This document shows positions 1-11,746 of a stretch of DNA of 35,484 nt, in pieces. A program made the position numbers and the translations under genes. The stretch comes from Thelocarpon superellum (taxonomy: Eukaryota), in NCBI GenBank assembly GCA_026025795.1, contig JAPEUG010000156.1, positions 1 to 35,484 of the forward strand, in the 5' to 3' direction. Below the pieces are notes generated by a model, which saw only the letters and a list, made by a program, of their open reading frames with translations, was not told the origin of the DNA and did not search any database. The stretch's first letter is position 1. Every line of letters begins with the position of its first letter.

Positions 1-329
1 TTAATGAAGCCCGGGATGTGGGAGTTAGAGCAGCTAGGGCCTAGAGCGAGGTATCAGCAACTGGCTCGGTCTTGCTCTCGAGATACCGTGGTAGACGCAC
101 TGAAGGCTGCCGGGACGCCAATGATGATGCCCTTGCCCGAGAGCTCCTTGGCGAGGTTTACGGCGTTCCCGGGACTTTTCTCCTGCAGACCTTCAACGTC
201 CGGGACGCGATCTCCAACCTTGACCATGATTGCGGCAGTGGAGTGGAAAAGTGATCGGTGGATTGAATGCAATTGGCGTGTGGTGGTGGTGGTGGTGATG
301 GTGGTAGCAAGTCGTCGTAATGCACACAT
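1..329 (-). CDS. PRX5-type (Ahp1/Pmp20-like) peroxiredoxin, 5' part; truncated by window edge
   Basis: Exon 1 329/227..101, GT-AG intron 100..41 (branch GCTGAT), exon 2 40..1. Spliced: MVKVGDRVPDVEGLQEKSPGNAVNLAKELSGKGIIIGVPAAFS|PSCSNSHIPGF, containing the PRX5 peroxidatic motif PxAFSPxC. Two in-frame ATGs (329 and 227). Confidence 0.9.
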
Positions 330-1333
330 TGAAGAATGTTGGAATGACGGAATGATGGTCGTAGGTGTTTGGTTGCGAAATCTCAGTCGGACGAATGGGA
401 TGACGCTCGTCGGGCGGGGGTGGTGTGGGTCCGATCGCGATGCTTAAGCTTTCAAAGACTCGGCTATCGCACCGCACAGGACGTGCCCGCTCCTCCCGGG
501 GCCCGCTCGGGGAAGGCAGATTGGTGAGGCCCGGAATCTGTGTCGTTGCCCGCTAACGAAGATCGGTCGAGGGCAGGGATGAGAGAGATCTACCGGGCGG
601 GGGTTGTTGGGGACCAGGAGCCAAGAGAGGACTGAACACAAGGCCTCGTCATACCGCACGACGAGTACTCGGACGGGTACTCGCATTCGTCTCTACTCCA
701 AGTTGGAGACCATACGATCCTCTCGCGCTTACGAGGAGGGTACTCGCCCTTCGTGAGCTGGCTTAGGGCCCCAAGGGCTCGCTGGGTCGCCCGACAGTCG
801 CGCCATTCTGCGCCGAGAAGATCGTCACGCTGTCCACGCATGCTGTCTTGACGGCGGCGTGGCTGCGTCGCGGCCGGTCCCCTTGCGACGATAGCCCAGC
901 CCAGGTCTCGACCGCATTGCCCCATGCGACCAACGCTCGTATGGACAGAGCGGATGGGGCAGCGACCAGTCGACTCAATCAGGATGTGACGGCAGTGGGC
1001 GTCGTCCAATCGGGCAAAGCGGGAAACGCGCTGCCCATGTTCGGTCACGATTGGACCCATGCCCGCCCATGATTACTGAGCACACCACGCAGACCTACCT
1101 GATCAGAGTACCAGCATTCTTACGTGCTGCTCGTTCTCGTCCGGCCAGTCCGTTCCCATTGGTGCGATTCGGATCCAATGCACGTCGTCCGATGCAGCCA
1201 TGCTCCTGCGAGTAAAGATGCAATGCGGCGCACTGAAATCGTCGACAGCCTCGAGTCACGCTTTCCGTCGTAACTCTTCACTGCGTCGATAAGAAACCGC
1301 GGAGCAGACGGCTCCCCTCTTGGCAAGTCTGCG

Positions 1334-1375
1334 GGGATCTGGGATCTTGGATCGGGGATCTGGGACCTGGGACCT
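1334..1375. repeat. Tandem 7-mer repeat (GGGATCT/GGGACCT) x6
   Basis: gggatct gggatct tggatcg gggatct gggacct gggacct read directly. Confidence 0.85.
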
Positions 1376-2122
1376 GAGCAGCATGCTAGGCAGTGAAAAG
1401 GCCTTGGAGGACTCAAGGCATCGGACAGCAGATGGGACAACGTGCCGGGGCAGGATCCAGTCCCTTCTCAACCACGGTTGACCCTGCACGCTGCAAGTGA
1501 GTGGAGCCCGCTGCCCACGTACGAGGTAATTGAGCCATGACGACGACACGAGGCGCCTACGGACGGAGGTGCCCGCGATGGCTCAACTGCATCGAGCGTA
1601 GATGCCGCACGTTGCCTATGTCGAGCCGCAGTCGGCGTCGCGGCACATCTCCGCGTGAGCAACGGTGGTCTAGGTAGCTTGCGGCCGTAGGACTCTGGTG
1701 GTTGTTTCGAGCATTGATCGTGTCCGTTCCGTGGTTGACTTGCCCGACCTTCTCCTCGGGCAAAGCTCGGTCGCAAGCAACCAGCTTTCTCCGGCCTGGA
1801 CACCTCGGCGGCGTCGCCTGGCGGCAGTGGCAGAAATAAGGTGTGTCGGATCGCCACCCACCCATCCGTTTCCCCCGTCGGTCGCATCGGTCGCATCGGT
1901 CGCAGGGATAAGTGGTGCCCGCGGGAGCATCGACTAAGGCAGACTTGTCCGCTTTTTCACCCCCTAGTGCCAGGTGGAGCCAGGTCAGATCTGTATCTTG
2001 CCTATCCTGGTGCGCCCACCTCGCCATAGACTGGTCGTAGCGCTGCCGACGCTCGCCCCCCCCGGACCAAGCCTGCCGCTGCTGCAAGCCCTTGGCACCA
2101 AGCGACGGCGTGGGGACACTTG

Positions 2123-2164
2123 CTCGCTGCTCGCCGCTCGCCGCTCGCCGCTCGCCGCTCGCCG
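2123..2164. repeat. Tandem 7-mer repeat (CTCGCCG) x6
   Basis: ctcgctg followed by five exact ctcgccg copies. Confidence 0.9.
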
Positions 2165-2625
2165 GCCATTGTCATGGTAGGTTCGCTGTACGATCGTTAC
2201 TGGAGATGCTCCAGGTGCTGGACGTGCTGCGCGCCTGAAGCCTGCCGAGCCTTCATCCGACGCTCACCTCACGGCTACTTGACACGCTCCCTTCGCCGAC
2301 CTGCACCGTCGCTGGCCTGTCCGATGAGGCTGCATCTGTCGTCGAGCGCACCGCCTCCGTCCTCGGCGACGGACTTAATTCCAACCTTGACTCCCACATT
2401 GACATCTTAACGACCACTCCGACCACCGCCCAGCCACGTTGCTCGCCGTCGTCATCTGAAGCGCCCGTCCTCCTTCTTCGGCTGTCGCTTCCACAGCCTA
2501 GTCGGCGCTGACCACCGGAACCGATCGTGAACGGTCGTGGTGTCCCGGCGTATCAGCCCCCAACCACGTCTCCTTGTCCTCGGCCCGTTGCACACCCGAC
2601 TGTCTCCCCTTCCACCCGCGACATC

Positions 2626-4889
2626 ATGGACAGCATCGCCTTAGGCGCGGCGGCGGCCAATGCGAATAGTTCAAGTGATTTCGTAAGTGCCGCCCCGGTC
2701 GCCGTCCGGAGTGCATTGCACGAGGCCGCCGAGGCTAACATGATAAGCAGGTCCGGAAGTTGTACAAGTACGTGTCCTTGTCGCCCTTCCGGCACTCAAT
2801 GAGACCGTAAGCGCGGCTGACGTGCGCTTAGAATGCTGGAGGATCCCTCCTACGACCAGGTGGTCCGATGGGGCAACGACGGCGAGAGCTTCGTCGTCCT
2901 GGAGGTGCGTTGATCCGGGCATGGTCCCGGGCGGGGATGCGTGGGCGGGTAAGCTGACGCGGAGACAGAATGAGAAATTCACCAAAGCTATCCTGCCCAA
3001 GCATTTCAAGCACAGCAACTTTGCCAGCTTCGTCCGCCAGCTGAATAAATATGATTTCCACAAGGTCCGCCACAGTAATGAGGAGGGTGGACAGTCTCCC
3101 TATGGCGCTTCGGTCCGTCTCCCCCTCCCTGCTCACCCGAGCCCTTACCACCCCTCATCGCTAACACCGGGGACGGCGCCAGGCATGGGAGTTCAAGCAT
3201 CCAGAGTTCAAGATGAACAACAAAGACTCGCTCGACAACATCCGCCGCAAAGCCCCGGCCCCGCGCAAATCCGCGCCCCTCGGGGGAGAAGAGCCGATAC
3301 AGGGCACACAACAGATGGACCTGGTCAACAGCCAGCTGGTCGCGATGCAGCAACAGCTCCAGCATCTCTCAGACCGATACAATGAGCTGAGCATGCACCA
3401 CTCCATGTTGCTCACCGAGTTCCTCGGTGTGCAAAAGTCGCTGGTCAACCACGAACATGTGATGGAGAACGTCATGAGCTATCTGCACTCGACCGACCAT
3501 GTCATCCGCGGGCAGCGCAAGGGAAACAAGAGCTTGGCCGCCGGCTTTGCGGCCGAGAAGGGGACCAATCTCGCGCTCCACACGGCGCAACAGATCTCGC
3601 CCACGGATGAGGCGCCCCCGTCGCCGCTACAAAACGCCGACCGCATCCTACACGATGCCACCGTGGACACGCTGATGCACAACAAGACGCTCGAACACAT
3701 GAACGAGCTCTACCGGCAAACCTTCACCTCGACCTCCCCTCCCGACACCACTACGCTGCGTAATGGCACGCAGCCCCCCAGCCAGGCGATCCCCTCCGGA
3801 CCTCACGTGGCGTACCCGATCAAGGCCGAGGCCGATCTGCAGGAGGCCGTCTATCCCGTCGGGCACAACGTGGGCATCAACCCCATGTACAGTGAGCACA
3901 TCAACAACATTCCCTATCCCATGCCCGTGCCCAACCCTCTCGACGCCACCGACCCTCGCGCCACCGACTACAGCGACGGCCGGAAGAAAAGCACCGTGAC
4001 GGACCCCGGCTGGATCCGCTCGCCCCAGATTCTCCTAGTGGAGGACGATCCGACCTGTCGACGCATCGGTGGCAAGTTCCTGTACTCGTTCAAGTGTTCC
4101 ATCGACAGTGCGGTACGTGTGGAGCGGCCGAGAAAGGTGCGTTTGCACCGCTGACGAGTCATGCAGCTCGATGGCCTCGAGGCGGTCAACAAGATGAATG
4201 CGGGATCCAAGTACGACCTCGTCTTGATGGATATCATCATGCCCAACCTGGACGGCATCTCCGCCACTTCGCTCATCCGCCAATTCGATAGCACCCCGAT
4301 CGTCGCCATGACCTCGAACATTCGAAGCGACGACATCAACATGTACTTTCAACATGGTAAGCTCCTTAGCCTGCATGTCGCGGCTAGGTCTGGCTCACAC
4401 GTGGCAGGAATGAACGACGTTTTGCCCAAGCCCTTCACCAAGGAGGGTCTCTTGACGATGCTCGAGAAGCACCTGGGTCACCTGAAGGCGCCCAAGGACG
4501 TGGACGGTCTGCAGCCGTCGCCAGTGACGCATGGGGCGCCCCGCGCGGTGCTCAAGGACGATGGGTCGTCGCCGGCGACGAGCAATTGGCACTCGCCCAA
4601 CCCGATGCCGGGCGTGTCACCCACCTCCCACACCGTCCACGAAGACTATCTGAATGCGCTCCGGAACAACCCCTCCTTTGGAGTGGAAGGGACGATGCAT
4701 TCCGAGGGGGTCGCGTTTCATGGGCAAGGGCATCCCATGGGCGCCCCGCGACAGGGCGCGCATCGACGACAAGCCTCCGACATGTCGGGCGGCGATGAGC
4801 TGAGCGGGGCCAAGCGGCAACGCCTTTACACCTCGGCGGTCCCCAACGTCTCGATGGCCGGCATGCCGCTAGGTCGGCCGGTGGTGTAG
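2626..4889 (+). CDS. SKN7: Skn7/SrrA/Prr1 stress response regulator (HSF DNA-binding domain, coiled coil, receiver domain)
   Basis: Exons 2626-2682, 2751-2767, 2832-2904, 2969-3112, 3183-4112, 4167-4356, 4408-4889. HSF domain SDFVRKLYKMLEDP...[21 protein letters not shown]...WEFKHPEF. Receiver [18 protein letters not shown]...[15 protein letters not shown]...[10 protein letters not shown] with intact phospho-Asp and KPF. Confidence 0.95.
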
Positions 4890-5448
4890 ACTGGCGAGGT
4901 CGTGACGGGCAGGCGGCGTTTCGGACGAGATCTCAAGGTCGGATTATGGTTGGGACAGGCCGGGTCGCATCTCCAATGCTATGGGCACGGGGAATGGATT
5001 GTACGGGCGCGAATGTTCTCTCTCATCTCATGGTGTCATATTTCCCGTGGGACAGATAGACCGATGTCTCGGATGGATGGATGGGATGTGGCGAGCCTGC
5101 GGCGAGGTCTAATCTCATCCGTCGCTCATCCTGCAGATGGATGTGCCCCACTTGAGTCACGAACCACACCTTGCCCACGAAGTGATATCGTACAGCTCCG
5201 CACCAAGTAAGCCTCCCTCATCCCGCCGCTGTGAGTAGGTGTAGACATCTCGCGCGCCAAACCCTACCTCTAGGCCCTGCGAGCTCGTCCCAATCCGAAA
5301 CTCATTTTGACTTTCATCCGAGACGCCGCACCTGCAAGATCTCCTCGGTGCCCTACTCTCCCCGCGACACGCTGTAGAGGCACTGGACGGTCTTATGTCA
5401 TGAAGTGCATACGCGTGCTTGACCACACCCGCCCACCGTCAGATCATC

Positions 5449-7785
5449 ATGAGCCGCAAGGCGCACAAGGCGCCCGCAGCCGGCCAGAAGAAGAAGGCCG
5501 AGGATGATCGAGAAGATGCCCTCCAGGCCGTGGTACGATCCAGCCAAGGCGCAATGCTCGGCGACGGATGGACCTGTGCTAACCCTGAGCCTCCAGGTCC
5601 TGGCGGACTCTTTCGAGACTCGATTCCGGCCATTCACCCTCGAAAGACCCCGCGTGCGTACTCCAGGGCTGTCCACTTCCGTACCTTCATCGGCTGACGG
5701 GTACAGTGTCTCCTTCCCTTGGCCAACACGCCCTTGATCGAATACACCCTTGAATTTCTCGCCAATGCCGGCGTGGAGGGCATCTTCGTCTACTGTGGCT
5801 CCCATACGAACCAGGTGGAGGAATACCTGCGGTGAGTCGGGCCGAGATATCCCGTCCAAGAGGAAGGGACTGACCCTGGCAGTCATTCCAAGTGGAGCCA
5901 ACCGTCCTCGCCCTTTTCCAAGCTAGAGATTATCCGATCCACCTCGCGATCGATCGGCGATGCCATGCGGGACCTTGACGCTCGCGATGTCATCACCGGC
6001 GACTTTCTCATCGTCAGTGGGGACGTGGTGAGCAATCTCCCGCTGGAGGCGGCCTTGGCCAAACACCGCGCGCGGCGGGAGGTAGACAAAAATGCCATCA
6101 TGACCATGGTTCTCCGCGAAGCCGGTCCATCGCATCGCACCAAGGCGCATGCCGTCGCTCCGGTGTTTGTGATTGACCCGAGCAAGCACCGCTGCCTGCA
6201 CTACGAGGAGATGCGTCCCGAGCAATCGAGTCGATATGTCAAGATTGATCCGGACCTCCTGGCGGCGCATGCCGAGATTGATATTCGCACAGATCTGATT
6301 GACTGCTATATCGACATCTGCACACCGGACGTCTTGGCCCTCTGGACTGACAGCTTCGACTACGAATCGCCGCGGAAGCATTTTCTGTATGGCGTGCTGA
6401 AAGATTACGAGCTGAATGGCAAGACGATCCATACGCACATCGTGCAAGATCACTACGCGGCCCGGGTGCGGAACCTGCAGGCGTATGACGCGGTGAGCAA
6501 GGACATCGTGGCGCGATGGTCGTATCCGCTCTGTCCGGACAGCAACCTGCTGCACGGACAGTCCTACCGCTATCAGCGCGGCAACATCTACAAGGAGAAC
6601 GGGGTGGTCCTGGCGCGGTCATGTCTCATCAAGCGTCGGACGGTGATCGGGCAGGGCACCAGCATCGGGGATGGTTCGGTCATCGGAGACAGCGTCATCG
6701 GCCGGCGGTGCCAGATCGGACAGAACGTGACGATCGAGGGTGCGTACATCTGGGACGACACGGTCGTCCAAGACGGGTCGAAGGTACGACAGGCCATTAT
6801 CGCCAACGAGGCCGTCGTCGGATCGCATTGCATCATCGAGCCCGGGGCGCTATTGTCGTACGGCGTTCGACTCGCCCACGGCACTACCGTTGTAGGGAAC
6901 CGCCGGCTCACACGCGCCACGCACTCGTCGGACGACGGTGCGGGCCGGGGCAGTGCGATATCGGATGAAGCCGTGGTTGGGAAGGGTGGCCATGGACAGG
7001 AACTGGTCGAGTCCGATGCCGACGATGAGGAGGGTGCGCTGGCTGCGCGCGCAGACTCGGATCTCCGTACGTCCACGACCCAGAAGGCCCAGATGTTTCC
7101 TTCTCAGGCTGATGGGTGTCTAGTGTACCACTTGCCGAGGCTAGCCGTATCGGATGCCTCCATCTCGACCCTCCATTCGGACGAGGAGCTGGAGGGAGGG
7201 CAGGATGAAGGACCTCGACCCGGGTCCCGGGGGAGCCACGACGATGACTTCTACCACGACGCCAGCTCCAGCATTTTCGATGCCTTGCAGCGCGGGGAGA
7301 GTTCGGACATCGTGCAGCTAGAGCTGCAGGGGCTCCGTATGGGTGAAGACGCGGACTACCATCGCGTACGACGTGCCATTGTTGCGGCCTTTGTTGGCCG
7401 GATCCAGCATCTGATCGAAGCCAAGTCTGGCGGGGTGGGCGACACGGTCAGTCAAGTGCTGAAACCCTACCGCGTCGTGTTCGAGAAGACCATCTTCGAC
7501 AAGGCGCGCGAAGAGAAAGCCGATCAGGTCGACTTCCTCCTCGCCCTCCAGCGCCACCTCGTGCACCGAGCGCGAGGCGAGAGCCTCCTTCTGTTCATCG
7601 CCAAGGAGCTCTACGAGATGGACGTCTTGGAAGAGGAGGGCATCCAACAATGGTGGCAAGAGGCACGGTCAACCGCGGAGCCGGAGATGCGGCAGGTGCG
7701 TACGTCGACGCAGCCGTTTGTCGACTGGTTGGCCGTGGCCGAGGAAGACAGTGACGACGGTCAAGACGAGAGTGGAGATGAGTAA
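5449..7785 (+). CDS. GCD6: Translation initiation factor eIF2B epsilon subunit
   Basis: Introns 5533-5597, 5654-5706, 5832-5882 and probably 7067-7123. N-terminal [36 protein letters not shown] (nucleotidyltransferase-like), hexapeptide LbH repeats (VIGQGTSIGDGSVIGDSVIG), C-terminal W2 domain (LYEMDVLEEEGIQQWW...FVDWLAVAEEDS). Confidence 0.95.
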
Positions 7786-8878
7786 AGAGGGCGACTGGTC
7801 GGATGCCAAGCTAGATCTCACGACGTACGCCAACACCATCTCGGCAGGAAGAGTCTGCCCCGACATGACGACGGGACGATGGAGACGAGCCGCCCGGTTG
7901 AAGCCGAAGCCGTTCGGTTCACCGATGCCATCTACTGCGGGCCTGGAACCTCATCCGCGGTTCCGTCGAGTAGACGGGGTCGCGAATCCGCTTACCGTAC
8001 TTTGTAGACGGCGAAGCGACCAGGCGGCCAAGCGGCCGAGCGGCCACTACTGGGGCGGCATCTTCCGAGCGAGTCACCGCCAGCCCAGGTGATCGGGCTG
8101 AGGATCAGCGCCACTCCAGCGCCCCGGGCGCAGGGGGCGACAGGCAATGACCAATCTCTAGATGATCCGTGCGTCACTCGTTTGTTCCATGCAGACGTAA
8201 ATGGGATTCCTCTTGGTCCAAGTTACAACATAGAGACTACAACCTCCGAGGCTCATCGTTATCCCGACTTCGGGGTCCGGGGCGACATCGACGCAGTTAT
8301 CGGCCCCCGCCCCTGTTTATCGCCGGCATTCTCCGGGAATCCACGACCACGGTATCTAACATGAAGATGAACATGACCATCTGACCACCTGCACGGCTCT
8401 CCGACAGAGCCGCTCCTCACCGCCGCCCACCCCCTGGGCCTCCCTCCGCGGCTCGCTCGCGCATCCTACCGCCCCGTCCTCCCCCCGAGGCAGACGCGCC
8501 TCTCGTCATCACGCTCGCGGGCCCATTTCGTTCCGTTCTCGGTTCGCGCAAGGGGACGAGGCGACGACAAGCAGACGGTAGGGACGAATCCTCACCATCC
8601 TCCTACGCCGGTGGCGTGCCACAGACTCCTCCGGTGTCGGGTTGCCCCACCGCCGTCCCCATCCCCATCCGCGGCCTCGTCGTCGGTGGCTCCCAGCGAC
8701 CTTGACCCGGTCGGGTGCTCCCATCTCCTCCGTCACCACGCCTCCCACCACCAGGAAGCGGAAAGTGATCGAGGCCGAGGCATCACCGGCCGTGGCGGGT
8801 GACCCCCAACCACCGCCCGGCAAACGACAGGCCCGTGTGGCCTCGCCTCCCTCGCCGGTGACGGGCCCCAGCACCAGC

Positions 8879-10693
8879 ATGGACTCTGAGGATGAGTTCA
8901 TGTCGGGTCTGTCGAGTGAAGAGGACGTGCGAGATGTGGACAGCGATGGGAGCTTCGGTGAAGGTACGTCCGCCGCCCAACAGCAGCGTCCAGTCACCAC
9001 CAACGTGATTCTCTCGGCGCTGACCTCACGCTTCCTCGGCACCACCAGACTTCGAAGACGACCCGGACGTAGGGTTCGAGTCGCAAGAGAAAGACATGGC
9101 GAAACCACGACGAAAGGCGTACGAGGTCGACTTCAAAGTCTTCGGTCCCGCCGAGATCCAAATGCATCAGGAGAGACAGATCGAAGAGGTATCGCTCATC
9201 CTCGGCCTCCCGCCGGAGTCGGCCGGGATCTTGCTGCGACAGCTCCGCTGGAATAAGGAGCGTCTGATCGAGTCGTACATGGATCGGGCCGACCAGATCC
9301 TAGAGAGCGCCGGCCTGGGTCCGAGCGACGGGGACACGGCCAGCACCGTCGCGGTGAAGGGCTTCGTGTGCGAGATCTGCTGCGAAGACGCAGAGGGATG
9401 TGCCACATACGCGATGAAGTGTGGGCACCGGTACTGCGTGGACTGTTACCGGCAGTATCTTGCACAAAAAATCAAGGACGAGGGCGAGGCCGCGCGCATC
9501 CAGTGTCCCTCCGAGGGCTGCCACCGCATCGTGGATTCCAAGTCGCTCGACCTGCTCGTCACGACGGAGCTGCAGGATCGGTAAGCCATGATGCGCTCCG
9601 TGAGCGGGCCATCCGTATCGCTGCTGACGGGACGGCGTGCCAGGTACCGGACGCTGCTGACGCGCACCTACGTCGACGACAAGGACAACCTCAAGTGGTG
9701 TCCGGCGCCCAACTGCGAGTACGCCGTCGAATGCGGGGTCAACAAGCACCAGCTCATCGAGATCGTGCCCACAGTGCACTGCGCCTGCGGGCACGACTTC
9801 TGCTTCGGCTGTTCGCTCAGCGACCATCAGCCGGCGCCGTGCGCCTTGGTCAAGATGTGGTCGAAGAAGTGCGAGGACGACTCGGAGACGGCCAACTGGA
9901 TCTCGGCCAACACCAAGGAGTGTCCGAAATGTGTGTCGACCATTGAGAAGAACGGGGGATGTAATCACATGACCTGGTACGTTCTCGTCGCCACCTTCTC
10001 TTCTCGTGCGCGTGACGGCGCTGGCCCCGCTAACCCACAACTGCAACGAGCAGCCGGAAGTGCAAGCATGAGTTCTGCTGGATGTGCATGGGGGTTTGGT
10101 CCGAGCATGGCACGAGCTGGTACAACTGCAATCGCTACGAGGAGAAGAGCGGGTCGGAGGCGCGCGACGCGCAGACGCGGTCCCGACAATCGCTGGAGCG
10201 CTACCTGCACTACTACAATCGTTACGCCAACCACGAGCACTCGGCCAAGCTCGACAAGGATCTGTATCTCAAGACGGAGAAGAAGATGACCAACCTCCAG
10301 AGCGCGTCGGGCATGTCGTGGATCGAGGTGCAGTTCCTCGACACGGCGTCGCAGGCGCTCCAGAAGTGCCGGCAGACGCTCAAGTGGACGTACGCCTTCG
10401 CCTTCTACCTGCAGCGCAACAACTTGACGGAGATCTTCGAGGACAATCAGAAGGACCTGGAGATGGCTGTGGAGAGCCTCAGCGAGATGTTCGAGAAGGG
10501 GACGGAGCATCTGGCGGGGCTCAAGGTGGACATGATGGACAAGACGTCGTACTGCAACAAGCGCCGCGTCATCCTTCTAGCCGACACGGCGGAGAATCTG
10601 CGGCAGGGTGAGTGTCTTGCCTCGGGCCCCCTGCCGTACTCCTGGGCTGACCACGCAGGCGAGTGGAAATTCAACGTCGACCTGACAGCCTGA
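8879..10693 (+). CDS. HEL1: Ariadne-type RBR E3 ubiquitin ligase (Hel1/ARIH-like)
   Basis: Introns 8964-9048, 9581-9643, 9977-10053, 10608-10658. Acidic N-terminus, UBA-like LLRQLRWNKERLIE, RING1 CEICC...CGHRYCVDC...CPSEGC, IBR WCPAPNC...CACGHDFCFGC, RING2 KECPKC...KNGGCNHMTC, Ariadne domain LERYLHYYNRYANH. Confidence 0.93.
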
Positions 10694-11592
10694 CGAGGGG
10701 GACTCGTCGACCTCGCGCGCATGTCCTTTTGATCTCACGCCCCTCATGCATGCATCCGCGCACGCTTTGACCGACCCGCGGGATGTGCACCGAGGATGAG
10801 CATCGGTGCCCGGGGAGCGTGTGTGCTTCGGTGTTTGGCGAGCATGTCGTCTAGTGGACTGTGGTGGGAGCGATCCCGGCAAGGCTCGCCACGGCCACGG
10901 CCACGGCCACGCGGGCGAAAGAATTGCTTGCGTTTTTCAGCGTGTGAAGAGTTCACGGTTGCATCTCTCATCTCTGCCCAGGTCTCGAGTTAAGCCCATC
11001 CGACGCTACGCTTCGAGCCTCCGGGTATCACGTGGGTGGGTTGAGTGGTTATGACACGGAGAATCTTCTTTATATCTTCATCGCAACGGGCCATCTCATG
11101 CATAACACCACCAAGCCCAGCACCAGCTTTACATTTCTAGATTGGTCCCATCGATCTATATGACCATGCCGCCGGCATACAAGTTCTTTCTAGCTAGCGG
11201 TAGCGTATTTATTTGCGGCATTATTCGTACCGTAGCCCAGGTCGACGGGGAAATCAGTCGTGCCGGGCAGTCTCGTGGAGTGTCTTGGGTACGAGTACGC
11301 CTAGCGGTGGCTTTCAGCGTTACCGCCCTTCCTCTCAGCCCGATGGGGTTAAGCGACGTCGAAGGACCTAAGTGGTGTACTGTAGAGGGTGGTTACGGCA
11401 ACTGCAGCCACGGTAATTCGTCATCCACGTGACCCATTCCCGGTTGTACAATAGCTCGCAGAATAGCTTCCGTAGTGGAAATCACCCATCTCAGTTTACG
11501 ATTCGGGGATCGTCAGTACTGCAAGTACGAAGTATGTACTCGTATCGTATGGATGTCAGTGTACTCGTAACTTACTAGTGCGGTAAACGGGT

Positions 11593-11630
11593 CGCGAAAC
11601 GCGCCTTAATCGACCGACGCGTCGACGCGT
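11593..11630. promoter_or_regulatory. MCB/SCB-like G1/S cell-cycle boxes upstream of PRI1
   Basis: CGCGAAA at 11593-11599 and two ACGCGT (11617-11622, 11625-11630) forming the palindrome ACGCGTCGACGCGT, about 120-150 nt upstream of the PRI1 ATG. Confidence 0.7.
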
Positions 11631-11746
11631 AAACGAGGCACGCAAGTTAGTCAAGGGTCCAATGCGAGTACAAGCGACGATAGCAACCAAGTAATTGACG
11701 ATATACTGTGGGGTACACGATTCCGCCACCACGCCCACATCGAACG

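Noticed and set aside
7778..8092. ORF whose ATG overlaps the eIF2B-epsilon stop region (MSKEGDWSDAK...)
   Set aside because: No recognisable domain; lies in the expected 3' UTR; ORFs of about 100 codons are common at this GC content.
9300..10510. Long antisense and alternate-frame ORFs over Ariadne (similarly over EXO1, MAM33 and Kelch)
   Set aside because: Shadow ORFs caused by GC3-rich codon usage of the real genes; no domain signal.
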